A stretch of 64,000 bases of DNA, taken from the NCBI RefSeq assembly GCF_009914755.1, contig NC_060932.1; one strand, 5' to 3'. The notes under the pieces were generated by a model that worked only from the letters and a program-made list of their open reading frames with translations, had not been told where the DNA came from and ran no database searches. This DNA comes from the human T2T-CHM13v2.0 reference genome, Homo sapiens. Positions within the stretch are counted from its first letter, which is position 1. Each line of letters begins with the position of its first letter. Positions 28,006 to 40,169 of this stretch are shown in pieces. The translations under genes were made by a program, and so were the position numbers.

Positions 28006-28117
28006 AGATGTGTTGGAGAAAATTTTGTAATACATATACATATACATATTTTGTATACATTTATATATGAAATTATGTAATATGTATACATATAACAAAA
28101 TTTTCTCCAACACATCT
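28006..28117. repeat. Perfect 23-bp inverted repeat with a 66-bp TA-rich spacer
   Basis: agatgtgttggagaaaattttgt (28006-28028) and acaaaattttctccaacacatct (28095-28117). Confidence 0.95.
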
Positions 28118-28141
28118 GTAAATTTCTCACAATAGCATTTC

Positions 28142-28454
28142 TTTTTTTTTTTTCTTTTTTTTTTTTTTGAGACAAGGTTTCACTCCCATCAGCCAGGCTG
28201 GAGTGCAGTGGGTGCAATCTTGGCTTACTGCAACCTCTGCCTCCTGGGCTCAAGTGATTCTCCTGCTTTGGCCTCCCAAGTAGCTGGGACCACAGGTGCC
28301 TGCCAGCGCACCCGGCTTATTTTTGTATTTTTTTGTAGAGACGGAGTTTCACTAGGTTGCCCAGGCTGGTCTCAAACTCCTGAGCTCAAGTGATCTGCCC
28401 ACCTTTGGCTCCCAAAGTGCTGGGATTATAGGCGTGAGCCACCCTGCCTTGTCC
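28142..28454 (-). mobile_element. AluJb-like
   Basis: Full dimer with ctcctgagctcaagtgatc. TSD ctcacaata(gc/ct)atttct. Confidence 0.94.
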
Positions 28455-28495
28455 CCTCACAATACTATTTCTGTGTAATTGAATACATCAGGTGG

Positions 28496-28517
28496 TCTGG
28501 TGTATATATACACCAGA
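28496..28517. repeat. Perfect 22-bp palindrome
   Basis: tctggtgtatatatacaccaga equals its own reverse complement. Confidence 0.95.
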
Positions 28518-29099
28518 AGAACCTATGAATCAAGCAAAGATGTTCATTAAACTTCTTGCTGTAAGGGAGAACACTACCTTGACAGAGCTGTAATAATATC
28601 TCAGAAAACATAGTGGAGAATTTTTATAAGGCTTTGGAATTTGAGCTCAAATAATGTATAGTTGGGAATTTGCTGGGGTTGGGCAATGTTAGTGAAAAAA
28701 TAGGTTAGAACAAGGAGACATGCTCTTGAAGTGAGTCTTTGTAAGTATATTGTTGTTTGATAAGTGAGTGGCTTGCATTTTTTTTTTATTGAAGAGCTGT
28801 TTGCCAAAATGAAAAATTATTTGCACAGACAAATTGGTTTTCGGAAATTTCCTAAAGTTAACAGTGACATTATTTATTAGTTTCCTATCTTATTTTCCTG
28901 CATAAAAAGAAGAATGTTATTTTGACAGAGAGTATCTCAGTTCTTAGTTCTGCTAATTAAGCTATGTGGAAACAGATTGGCTCAATTTTTCCTCTCTTTC
29001 TCTCCCTCCACCTTCCTTTCTTTCTCTCCCTCCTCCCTCTTCTCTCTTCCTTCCTTTCTTCTTTCATTTTCCTCTTTTTTTCTCCCCTACTCCCTGACT

Positions 29100-29444
29100 C
29101 CTAATGACAGTTCCATCCTAGATCCCTCCTTTCTCCGCTCCCCATCTGGATTGATTGCTTTCTATGCTTGCAGCATAGTGGACATTCTGGGAATTTTCTT
29201 ACTACGCTTTCTGCTGTTGGATTCTTGGTTTCCTGGGGTTTACATTTGAATCACTATGGTGAAGCACATCTTGTAGCAACTTCCTGAGGGGAAAAAATAC
29301 ATAGAAGCTTCATTTCTTTTTCTCTCTTTCTTCTCCCTTCTCTCCCTTTCTTCCTCCCACTCTCCCTCCATCCCATCCTTCATTCCTTCCTCCCTCATTC
29401 CTTCTCTCCCTCCCTTCCTTCCTGATCTTAAATGCCAGAAAATG
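29100..29444 (-). mobile_element. HAL1 segment (host of the L1MA insertion) with CT-rich expansions
   Basis: gcaacttcctgagggg...tgccagaaaatg resembles HAL1 and resumes at 36957 as tgcctgaaaatgtttgtattccaccc. Confidence 0.55.
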
Positions 29445-32357
29445 AGGTCCTGGTCTTTCCTTTGATGGGATCATCTTTATTACTGTATATATCTTGTTAC
29501 TTGTTATTGGTCTATTTAGGTTTTGGGTTTCTTCATGGTTCAATCTTAGTAGGTTGTATATGTCTAAGAATTTACCCTTTTTTCTGAGTTTCTAAATTTA
29601 TTGGCATACAGTTTGTCATAACAGTCTCTAGCAATCTTTTGAATTTCTGTGGTATCAGTTGTAATATCTTCTTTTCATCTCTGATTGTATTTACTTGGAT
29701 CTTCTCTCTCTTATTAGTCTGGTTAAAAGCTTATTGATTTTGTTCATCTTTTTTTTTAAAACAACAACTTTGTGTTGCATTGATTTTTTTTTAGTCTTAA
29801 TCTCATTTATTTCTTCTCTGATCTTTATTATTTCTTTTCTTCTACTAATATTGGGTTTGGTTTGCTTTTCCTTTTCTAATTCTTTAAGATTCATCATTAG
29901 GTTGTTTATTTCCAGTTTTTCTACTTTCTTGATGTAGGTATTTATTACTGTAAACCTCCTCTTAGTACTGCTTTTGTTGTATCCCATAGATTTTTGTATG
30001 TTGTGTTCCCAATTTTGTTTTCGGATATTGTAAAATTTTCTTTTTAATTTGTTCACTGACTCAGTGGTCATTCAGGAGCATTTTACTTAATTTCCATGTT
30101 TGTATAGTTTCCAAGATTCCTTTTATTATTGATTTCTAGTTTATTTTCTATTATGGCTAGAAAAGATACTTGATATGATTTCAATTTTTTAAATATTTTG
30201 AGATTTGTTTCGTGGCCTAATATATGGTTTATCTTTGAGCATGTTCCATGTGCTGGAAGAAATGTTCTGTAAATGCCTTTTAGGTCCATTTGGTCTATAG
30301 TATACAGACTAAGTCTGACGTTTCTTTGTTGATTTTCTGTTCAGATGATCTGTCCAATGCTAAAAGTGGGATGTTGAAGTCCCTGGCTATTATTGTATGG
30401 GGGAGTCTCTCTCTCTCAAATAGGATGAGCTCTAATAATATTTTTATATGTCTGGGTGCTCAAGCATTGGGTATAAATATATTTACAATATATTCATGAA
30501 TTGTAACCTTTATTATTATGTTATATAATGACATTCTTTGTCTCTTGACAGTTTTTGACTTAAAATCTATTTTATCTAAATATAAGAATAATACTTTTGA
30601 TCTTTATGGATTTTCATTTCCATGGAATTTTTTTTTCATTTTGAGTCTATGTATGTCTTTATAGGTGAAGTGACTGTTTTTGTAGGCAGCATGTAGTTAG
30701 GTCTTGTTTTTTTAAAAATCCATTCATCCACTCTATATTTTTTGATTGGAGAATTTAGTCCATTTATATTTATTTTTATTATCGATAAGTAAGGACTAAC
30801 TACCACCATTTTGTTATTTGTTTTCTGGTTGTTTTGTTGGTCCACTCTTCCTTTTTTCCTAACTTCCTTTGTATAAAAGTGGTTTACTTTGACAGCATGT
30901 TTTAATTTCTTGTTTTTCATTTTTTGTGTATCTACTATAGGTTTCCATTTTGAAGTTACCATGAGGTTTGCAAATAACATAACCAATTACTTTGAGGACA
31001 ACTAACACTCATCACAAAGTGTAGTTTAAAAAAAAAAACAAGCGAAGAGAAAACTAACACTTCTATACTTCATCAACATCTCCCCTAAATTTGGACTTTT
31101 CATTGTATTTATATCTTTTTACATTGTCCATCTCTTAAAAATTGTGTTATTTATTGTTTTGGACAGGTTTGTCTTTTAGTCTTCCTACTAAAGAGATGAG
31201 TGGTTTATAGACTGCAATTACAGTGTTAGAGTATTCTGTATTTGTCTGTATACTTACTTTTTTACCAGTGAGATTTATGCCTTCAGATAATTTCTTGTTC
31301 CTTATTACCATCCCTTTTTTTCAGGTTGAAGAATTCCCCTTAGTATTTATTGTAAGACAAGTCTGATGTTGATAAAACTTCTCAGTTTTTGTTTGTCTAG
31401 GAATGCTTTTATTTCTCCATCACATTTGCTGGATATAATAGTCTAGGTTAGATGTGTTTTTATTTTTTTTCTTCAGTACTTTGAATATATCATCTCACTC
31501 CCTCCTGGCCTGTAAGATTTCCATGGGGGAGTCTAATGCCAGATATATCAGAGCTCCTTTATGTATTATTCGCTTCTTTTCTCTTGCTGCTTTTAGATTC
31601 CTTTATTTTTCCTTGATCTTTGAGAGTTTGATTATTACATGCCTTGAGGTTGAATCTTCTTAGTGTTCTTTGAATTTCCTGTACCTTAGCATTCCTATAT
31701 TTTTCTAGCTTTGGAAAGTTCTCTGTTATTATTCCTTTGAATAAATTTTCTAACCTGATCACTCTGTTAACATCTACTTCCAGGCCAAAAGCTCTTAGAT
31801 TTACCGTTTTGGAGCTATTTTCTAGATCTTGTAGGTGTGCTTCATTTTTAAAATCATTTTTTCTCTTCTGACTGTGCATTTTTATATAATCAAGCTCACC
31901 AATTATTTTTTGGCATGAACAACTGAGCATTTTTCAGTTTGTCAATTGAATTTTCTGCTCGAACTTTAAAAAAAAAATTTAATCTGTTCGTTAAATTTCT
32001 CTGACAGAATTCTGAATTCCCTCTAAGTGTTATCTTAAAGTTTGTGGAGACTTATCAAAACCACTATTTTGAATTTCCTGTCTGAAAGGTCATATAGCTT
32101 CATCATTCCAGAATTGGTCCTTGGTATGTTATTCAGTCTGTTTGGTGAGGTCATGCTTTTCTGCACGTACTTGATGTTTGCAGACATTTATCAATGTCTA
32201 GGAATTGAAGAGTTGTATTTATTTTAATCTTCATAGTCTGTGCTTGTTTGTATTCATCCTTCTTAAGAGGACTTTCCAAGAATTTAAAGATGATTGAGTG
32301 GTGTGACCAAAGCTTGCTGTCACTGCAGCTGTTTCAGCACTAAGAGGTGCCCTAAGA
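29445..32357 (-). mobile_element. Inverted 5' part of an L1MA: 5' region, ORF1 and N-terminal ORF2
   Basis: Minus-strand peptides NLNRPITSNKI..VIK..PSKERPGP, LKELEKEKQTKPNISRRKEIIKIR, SPYLSIIKININGLNSPIK, LENLFKGIITENFPKL. Confidence 0.9.
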
Positions 32358-33250
32358 CTGAAAGCCTTTCCTTTAAGATCTAGAAACAGACAGGGATGCT
32401 CACTTTTAGCACTTCTATTCAACATAGTACTGGAAGTCCTAACCAGAGCAATTAAACCAGAAAAATAAATAAATATTTAGAAAAACTTAAAGACTCTATT
32501 AAAAAAACTCTTGGAAGTGATCAACAAATTCAGTAAAGTTTCAGGACATAAAATCGACATACAAAAATTAGTAGGATGTATATATGCCAAGAGCAAACAA
32601 TCTGAAAAAGAAATTTAAAAAGTAATCCTATTTATAGCAGCTACAAATAAAATAAAATACCTAGAAATAACCTTAACCAAAGAAGTGAAAGTTATCTACC
32701 ATGAAAATTATAAAACATTACTAAAAGATATTGAAGAGGACGTCAAAACATGGGGAAGATATTCTATATTCACAGACAGAATCAACATTGTTAAAATGTC
32801 CATATTATGCAAAGCAATCTACAGATTCAATGCAATCCCTATTAAAATGTCAATGACATTCTTCACTGAAATAGAAAAAATAATCCTAAAATTTATGTAG
32901 AAACTCAAGATACAAAGACTAAGGATAGCTAATGACTATCCTGAACAAAAAGAACAAAGCTAGAGGCCTCACACTGCCTTATTTCAAATTATACTACAAA
33001 GCTTTAGTAACCAAAACAGTGTGATACTGGCATAAAAACAGACAAAGATACCAGTTAAAATACAAAGCATAGAAATAAATGCATGCATTTACAGTCAACT
33101 TATTTTTGACAAAGGCACCAAGAATGTACACCGAGAAAAGAAAAGTCTTTTCAATAAATGGTGCTGGTAAAACTAGATATCCATATGAAGAAGAATGATA
33201 TTAGACTATCATCATACACAAAAACTAAATCAAAATGGATTACAGATTTA

Positions 33251-34965
33251 GATGCCCTTTATTTCTTTCTCTTGTCTGATTGCTCTGGCTAGACTTCCAG
33301 CTGAAGAGGAGTTCTATGTTGAAGAAGAGTTGTGAGAGTGGGCATCCTTGTCTTGTTTCAGTAAAGAGGAAGTCAAATTGTCACTGTTTCCTGACGATAT
33401 GATTGTTTACCTCAAAAACCCTAAAGACTCCTCCAGAAATCTCCTAGAACTGATAAAATAATTCAGCAAAATTTCCAGATATAAGACTAATGTACACAAA
33501 TGTACAGCTCTCCTATACACCAACAGCGACCAAATGGAGAATCAAATAAAGAACTCAACCCCTTTTACAATAGGTGCAAAAATAGTAAAATACTTAGGAA
33601 TATACCTAACCGAGGAGGCAAAAGACCTCTGCAAGGAAAACTGAAACACTGCTGAAAGAAATCATAGACAATACAAACAAATGGAAACACATCCCATGCT
33701 CATGGATGGGTAGAATCAACATTGTCAAAATGACCATACTGCCAAAAGCAACCTACAAATTCAATGCAATCCCCATCAAAATACCACCATCATTCTTCAC
33801 AGAATTAGAAAAAAAATTCTAAAATTCATATGGAACTAAAAAAGAGTCTGCATAGACAAAGCAAGACTAAGCAAAAAACAAAACAACAACAACAAAAAAC
33901 AAATCTGCAGGCATCACACTAACTGATTTCAAACTATACTGTAAGGCCATAGTCGCCAAAACAGCATGGTATTGGTATAAAAATAGGCACATAGATCAAT
34001 GGAACAGAATAGAAAACCCAGAAATAAACCCAGATACTTACAGTCAACCAATCTTCAACAAAGCAAACAAAAACATAAAGTGGGGAAAGGACACCTTTTT
34101 CAACAAATGGTGCTGGGATAATTGGCAAGTCACATGTAGGAGAATGAAACTGGGTCCTCATCTCTCACCTTATACAAAAATCAACTCAAGATGGATTAAG
34201 GGCTTAAATCTAAGACCTGGAACTGTAAACATTCTAGAAGATAACATTGGAAAAACCCTTCTAGATATTGGCTTAGGCAAGGATTTCATGACCAAGAACC
34301 CAAAGCAAATGCAATAAAAACAAAGATAAATAACTGGGACCTAATTAAACTAAAGAGCTTTTGCACAGCAAAAGTAAACAGCAGAGTAAACAGACAATCC
34401 ACAGAGTGTGAGAAAATGTTCACAATCTATGCATTTGTCAAAGGACTAATATCCAGAATCTAAAACAAACTCACAATTCAGCAAGAAAAAAACAAACAAT
34501 CCCATTAAAAAATGGGCTAAGGACATGAATAGATAATTCTCAAAAGAAGATATACAAATGGCCAACAAACACATGAAAAAATCCTCAACATAACTAATGA
34601 TCAGGGAAATGCAAATGAAAACCAAAATGCAAAAAACCACCTTACTCCTGCAAGAATGGCCATAATAAAAAAAATTAAAAAACGGTCAATGTTGGCGTGA
34701 ATGTGGTGATCAGGGAACACTTCTACACTGTTGGTGGGAATATAAACTAGTACAGCTACTATGAAAAACAGTTTCCTTGAAGAACTAAAAATAGAACTAC
34801 CATTTGATCCATCAATTTCACTACTGGGTATCTACCAAGAGGAAAAGAAGTCATTATACAAAAAAGATACTTGCACGTGCATGTTTATAGCAATACAATT
34901 GGCAATTGCAAAATCATGGAACCAACCCAAATGCCTATCAATTAACGAGTGGATAAAGAAACTGT

Positions 34966-35005
<40 letters not shown>

Positions 35006-35202
35006 AAATATATATGGAATATATATATGGAATATATATGTATATGGAATATATATATGGAATATATATGTATATGGAATATATCTATGGAATATATCTA
35101 TGGAATATATATGTATATGGAATATATATATGGAATATATGTATGGAATATATATCTGTGTGCGGAATATATATATGTGTGGAATATATATATGTGTGTG
35201 GA

Positions 35203-35245
<43 letters not shown>

Positions 35246-35638
35246 GGACTACTACTCAGCCATAAAAAGGAATGATTTAATGGCATTTGCAGTGACCTGG
35301 TTGAGATTGGAGACTATTATTCTAAGTGAAGTAACTCAAGAATGGAAAACCAAACATTGTATGTTCTCAGTGATATGTGGGAGCTAAACTATGAGGACAC
35401 AAAGACATAAGAATGATACAATGGACTTAGGGGACTTGGGGGGAAGGATGGAGGGGCGCGAGGGATAAAAGACTACAAATAGGGTTCAGTGTATACTGCT
35501 CAGGTGATGAGTGCACCAAAATCTCATAAATCATCACTAAAGAAATTACTCATGTAACCAAACACAACCTGTACCCGAATAACCTATGGAAAAATTAAAA
35601 ATTAAAAAAAAGAGAGAGCTTGAATTTCATAACAAAAT
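33251..35638 (+). mobile_element. L1PB1-like insertion with a 110-bp inverted 5' segment (33251-33362)
   Basis: L1PB 3' UTR (gtaactcaagaatggaaaaccaaacattgtatg...gacttggggggaagg...aataacctatggaaaaa). TSD aaaatggattacaga(tt/ct)(t/g)a at 33232-33250 and 35639-35657. Confidence 0.92.
34966..35243. repeat. Complex VNTR: (TG)n - 13 x [TA-rich+GGAATA] - (CA)n inside the L1PB
   Basis: Directly visible. Exact 30-bp tandem at 35011-35070. Confidence 0.92.
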
Positions 35639-36956
35639 AAAATGGATTACAGACTGAAATCTAAGATGTCAAACCATTAAACTACTAACAGAAAACATTG
35701 AATAAAATTTTCAGGTCATTGGTATGGGCAAAGATTTACCGAGACAAATCCCAAAAACAGAGGCAACCAAAGCAAAATAGACAAATGGGATCACATAAAG
35801 CCAAAAAGCTTCCATGCAGTAAAGGAAACAATCAACAAAATGAAGAGAAAAACCACAGAATGGGGAGAAAATATTTGCAAACTACCCATGTGAAAAGGTA
35901 TTAATAACTAGAATATATAAGGAGCTGAAGCAACTCAATAGGGAAAAAACAAATAATTGTATTCAAAAGTGGGCAAAAGATCAAAATAGACTTTTCTCAA
36001 AAGAAGGAATACAAATGGCCAACAGGTGTATAAAAATTACTCAATATCACTAATTATTACAGAAATGCAAATTAGGCTACAATGAAATATTTTTACCAAA
36101 GTTGCAATGTGTTTTATCCAAAAGACAGGCAAGGATGTGGAGGAGAAAGGAGAACCCTCCTACATGTTACATTGGTGGGAATGTAAATTAGTACAACGAC
36201 CATAGATGATAGTATGTAGATCTAGCAAAAAACTAACAATTGAACTACCATACGATCCAGCAATCCCACTGCTGAGAATATATCCAAAGGAAAAGAAACC
36301 AGTATATCAAAGTGATACCTGCTCTTTCATGTTTACTGCAGCACTATTCACAATAGCCATGATACAGAATCAAGTGTTTATCAGCATCTAAATAGATGAA
36401 AAAATATAGTACATATACACAATGGAATATTATTCAGCCATTGAAACAGAGAAATCCTGTACTATGCAACAACATGGATGGAACTGAAGGCCATTATGTG
36501 AAGTGAATAAGCCATGCACAGAAAGACAAATATTGTGTGTTCTCACTGATATGTGGGAGCTAAAAAAAAAAAAATTGAGCCCATGGAGACAGAGAGTAGA
36601 AAGATGGTAATCAGAAGCTAGAAAAGCTGGTGTGGAGGGGAGAATACAGAGGGATGTCTAATGGGTACAAAAATGTAGTTAGATAGAAGAAATAAGATCT
36701 AGTGTTTGGTAGCACAATAGGGCTACAATACTTAACAGTAATATATATTTCAAAATACCTAAAAGAGTAGAATTGGGATCTTCTTAACACAAAGAAATGA
36801 TAAATGCTTGAGATGATGGATACCCCATTTACCATGATGTGAATATTACATATTGTATGCTTGTATAAAAATTTCACAAGTACCTCTTAAATATGTAAAA
36901 CTATTATGTATCCATAATAATTAAAAATTTTAAAAATTTAAAAATAATGAAATAGT

Positions 36957-37690
36957 TGCCTGAAAATGTTTGTATTCCACCCTGGTGTTTGATTTCTAGA
37001 TGAATGGCATGTAATTATAAAATAAAACCATATCTTTCAAAATTATCAAGACAATATACTATTATCCTGTAGACTCCAGTACTGCTTTTGAAAATTATAA
37101 TGTTTTCTGTCTTATCTCTTTATAATGATGAGCCTCAGAATTGGCTTCTTTTCAATCAATAAACTGAGCAACTAAATGACCGTTTAGATTCTAATCCTTC
37201 AGTTCTTAGAAATATTCCTGCATTAGAATTGCTTGAACCCATCAGGTGGAGGTTGCAGTGGGCCGAGATTGTGCCACTGCACTCCAGGCTGGCAACAGAG
37301 CGTCACTCTGTCTCAAAAAAAAAAAAAAAAAAAAAGAAAGAAAGAAAAGAAATATTCCTGCTTGCATAACTTTTTCGTCTCCATTTTCTCTGCTCATTTT
37401 TGGAATGCTCACTTACCCAGTGGTTTGTGTTTTCTATTAATTATCACTTATTCTTTACTTTTAAATTTTACTTTTCATTCTTGCCTTTTGATCATTTTAT
37501 CAGAAATTTCTTTTACAAGCACTTCCTATTTACCAAATAATGGTTGACATCACTAGTATCCTGTTGTCTCCAGTCCTGTTCTCTTTCTCTGTGGATTAAT
37601 AATATTTTTATTGCTTTACTGAAATTTTAGTAGGGATTCAAGGAATGAGTACAACATATTTTCAATTTGACACTATAACCAGACATTTTT
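36957..37690 (-). mobile_element. HAL1 continuation and 5' end
   Basis: tgaaaatgtttgtattccaccc..., tctccagtcctgttctc...ttttagtagggattcaagg...aaccagac. Confidence 0.55.
37225..37347 (+). mobile_element. 5'-truncated AluS (3' 90 bp plus tail)
   Basis: agaattgcttgaaccc...ctctgtctc-poly(A). Perfect 14-bp TSD agaaatattcctgc at 37208 and 37348. Confidence 0.93.
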
Positions 37691-37795
37691 ATAGCTTTTT
37701 GGTGTAAAATTTTATGTTTTTGTTTTTTCTGTCTTTTTTTAAAAGATTATCAGATAATCATTAGAACAAAAGTTTTTCTATTATATTTATTTTTA

Positions 37796-37868
37796 TCTCT
37801 TTTTCTTCAACTTTTATTTTAAGTTCCAGGGTACATGTGCAGGATGTGCAGGTTTGTTACATAGGTAA
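37796..37868 (-). mobile_element. Very short L1PA (about PA7-10) 3' end
   Basis: caacttttattttaagttccagggtacatgtgcaggatgtgcaggtttgttacataggtaa. Perfect 13-bp TSD atatttattttta. Confidence 0.9.
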
Positions 37869-39432
37869 ATATTTATTTTTAAAAGAAATAATTTGGGGTG
37901 TCTCTGTTAGCTCTATTGTTTTTCTGTTTTCTGATTCCTAATTTATTACCTCTGAGTTTAATCTTCCTGATTTTCTTAGCATATAAAAATTAACTTAAAG
38001 TTTAGAATTGATTATATAGTTATTTTTCCAGCTAGTCTCATTTATTAGAGACATATTTAAAATTTTGAAGGTTCAGCTAAACATAGTGCTAATAATTTAT
38101 GTATAGTTTCTTCATTGTAATGATTTTCTTAAAAGTTTGTGATTGAAGTTGACTTCCTCTTTGACAAAAGAGTTAATTAGGACAATATTTTTAATTTTCC
38201 AAAGCTGAAAAATATTCTTTTGACATTTTATGTTAACTTCTACTTTGATGATAATATGTTTTACACAATTTCATTTAATTGAATGAGGTCTTTTCTTTTA
38301 TCTTATGGTCAATAAACAATATTGATTAGCTGACTTCATATCTACCACCCTTCCCTTAGTCCACTTCAGTTGTGGGAGATATGTTTCCAAAGTGGCAATC
38401 TGTTGTGTTTTCTGGTAGATTTTTCTTTCCTTACAAACCCATTGATTACTCTCCACCCCTTTTTTGCCTTGAACACAGATGGTCCAATGAGAGCAATATC
38501 AGACATACTAAAACCCTGAAGGAAAGGCCGAGAAACTAATAGAATAAATCTACTGTGATTTCGAGCTTTTAAATGAGCTGTACATCAATTACATTTTTCA
38601 TCTGTACTTCTTGCTATGTTTGAAAACAAAAACAAAACAAAACACAGCCTCTTTGTGCCTCTCTGGGCACATTCTAAGTTACCTGAAATAGTTTCTTACT
38701 AATACAAACCTAATATATGATCACTCTTTGTATGTGTTCTATGGGCACTTTTTGAGGGGTTATTATCTGTAGTATTGAAAGTACTAACATAACATTTTAT
38801 TAAATAAATATTATATAAAGAATATATCCTATGCAAAGAAATTAGCATATTTCTTATTTCTCTTAAGCTACTAACTTCCCAATTTTTCTCCATACACTGT
38901 GGCACTAGTTATTATTATTGTTGACTATTATATGTAAATAAATATATATCATATGTAAATAAGTATATTTTATATTTGCCTTCCATATTGCAGCATTATT
39001 TTTTACAAATTATAATTAATGCTAACCACTGGTTTTTTTGTCATGGATTTCCCATTCATGACATTTTAAGTTTGATTAATCACTTATTTAGTAAAAGTAC
39101 GTCTGAAACTTTTGTTTTGCAAGAATAATAGCTGGTCTAGCAGTAACAACATAAGGATAATTTAGAAGTTAAAATAGAATCTTTGTTTCTCCCATAAGCT
39201 TAGACAATGAGGTGAACTGGCCTGGGCCTTTGAATCATTAGCCAAAGATGCAAAGACACAATGTGAGAAATTTCTGGTAACTAAGAAAACAGTAACTCAC
39301 TGTTTCTGTAGGTCATGGAAGAAGCATAACTGGCAGTGGTTTCCAGAGCCTACAGCTGCTGGTAGTCTTGGTATAAACTATTGTGCCCACTATTGTTGTC
39401 TAAACTGTTTTCTGCCTGTTTCACAATCCGTT

Positions 39433-40169
39433 TGTCTTAGTCTGTTTTGTGCTGCTACCAGAGAATGCTTGAAACGGGGTAATTTATAATGAACATAAAT
39501 TTATTGGCTAATCATTTTGGAGGTTGAGAGGTCCAATATCGAGGGGCCAGCATCTTGCAAGTACCTTCTTGCTGTATCATCCCATGGCAGAAGGGCAAAG
39601 AGAAGGCAAGAAAGAGCAAGAGATCAGACTCACAGCCCCAAGCCATTTTCTTTTTTATTTTATTTTATTTTATTATTATTATACTTTAAGTTTTAGGGTA
39701 CATGTGCACAACGTGCAGGTTTGTTACATATGTATACATGTGCCATGTTGGTGTGTTGAACCCATTAACTCATCATTTAGCATTAGATATATCTCCTAAT
39801 GCTATCCCTCCCCCCTCCCCCCACCCCACAACAGTCCCCAGTGTGTGATGTTCCCCTTCCTGTGTCCATGTGTTCTCATTGTTCAATTGCCACCTATGAG
39901 TGAGAACATGTGGTGTTTGGTTTTTAAATGATGAGTTCATGTCCTTTGTAGGGACATGGATGAAGCTGGAAACCATCATTCTCAGCAAACTATCGCAAGG
40001 ACAAAAAGCCCCAAGCCATTTTTTAATGAGCATTAATCAATTCATGAAGGTGGAGCCCTCGTGACCTAAACGCCTGCCATTAGGGCCCATCTCCCTCTTG
40101 GCAACACTATTGCATTTGAGATTAAGTTCCCACCACATGCTCTTTGGGGGATACCTTTAAACCGTAACA
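39433..40169 (-). mobile_element. MSTC/D-like MaLR LTR, interrupted by an L1PA
   Basis: tgtcttagtctgttttgtgctgct...ggtaatttataatgaac...ggagccctcgtgacctaa...aaaccgtaaca. Confidence 0.85.
39650..40006 (-). mobile_element. Twin-primed L1PA (about PA4-5) fragment: antisense 3' UTR plus inverted 39926-40006
   Basis: Perfect 16-bp TSD agccccaagccatttt at 39634-39649 and 40007-40022. Inversion point at ggacaaaa|aaccaaac. Confidence 0.95.

Larger units (their letters stand above)
32358..36950 (+). mobile_element. L1MA (about MA2-4) ORF2 3' half and 3' UTR, interrupted by an L1PB
   Basis: ctgaaagcctttcctttaagatc (LKAFPLRS), [24 protein letters not shown]1MA-type 3' UTR (gggtacaaaaatgtagttagatagaag...ccataataattaaaaa). 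Confidence 0.9.

Noticed and set aside
34832-35387. Tyr/Ile-rich repetitive ORFs, or a CRISPR-like repeat array
   Set aside because: Translation of a TA-based VNTR. No unique spacers, no cas genes, and the context is eukaryotic.
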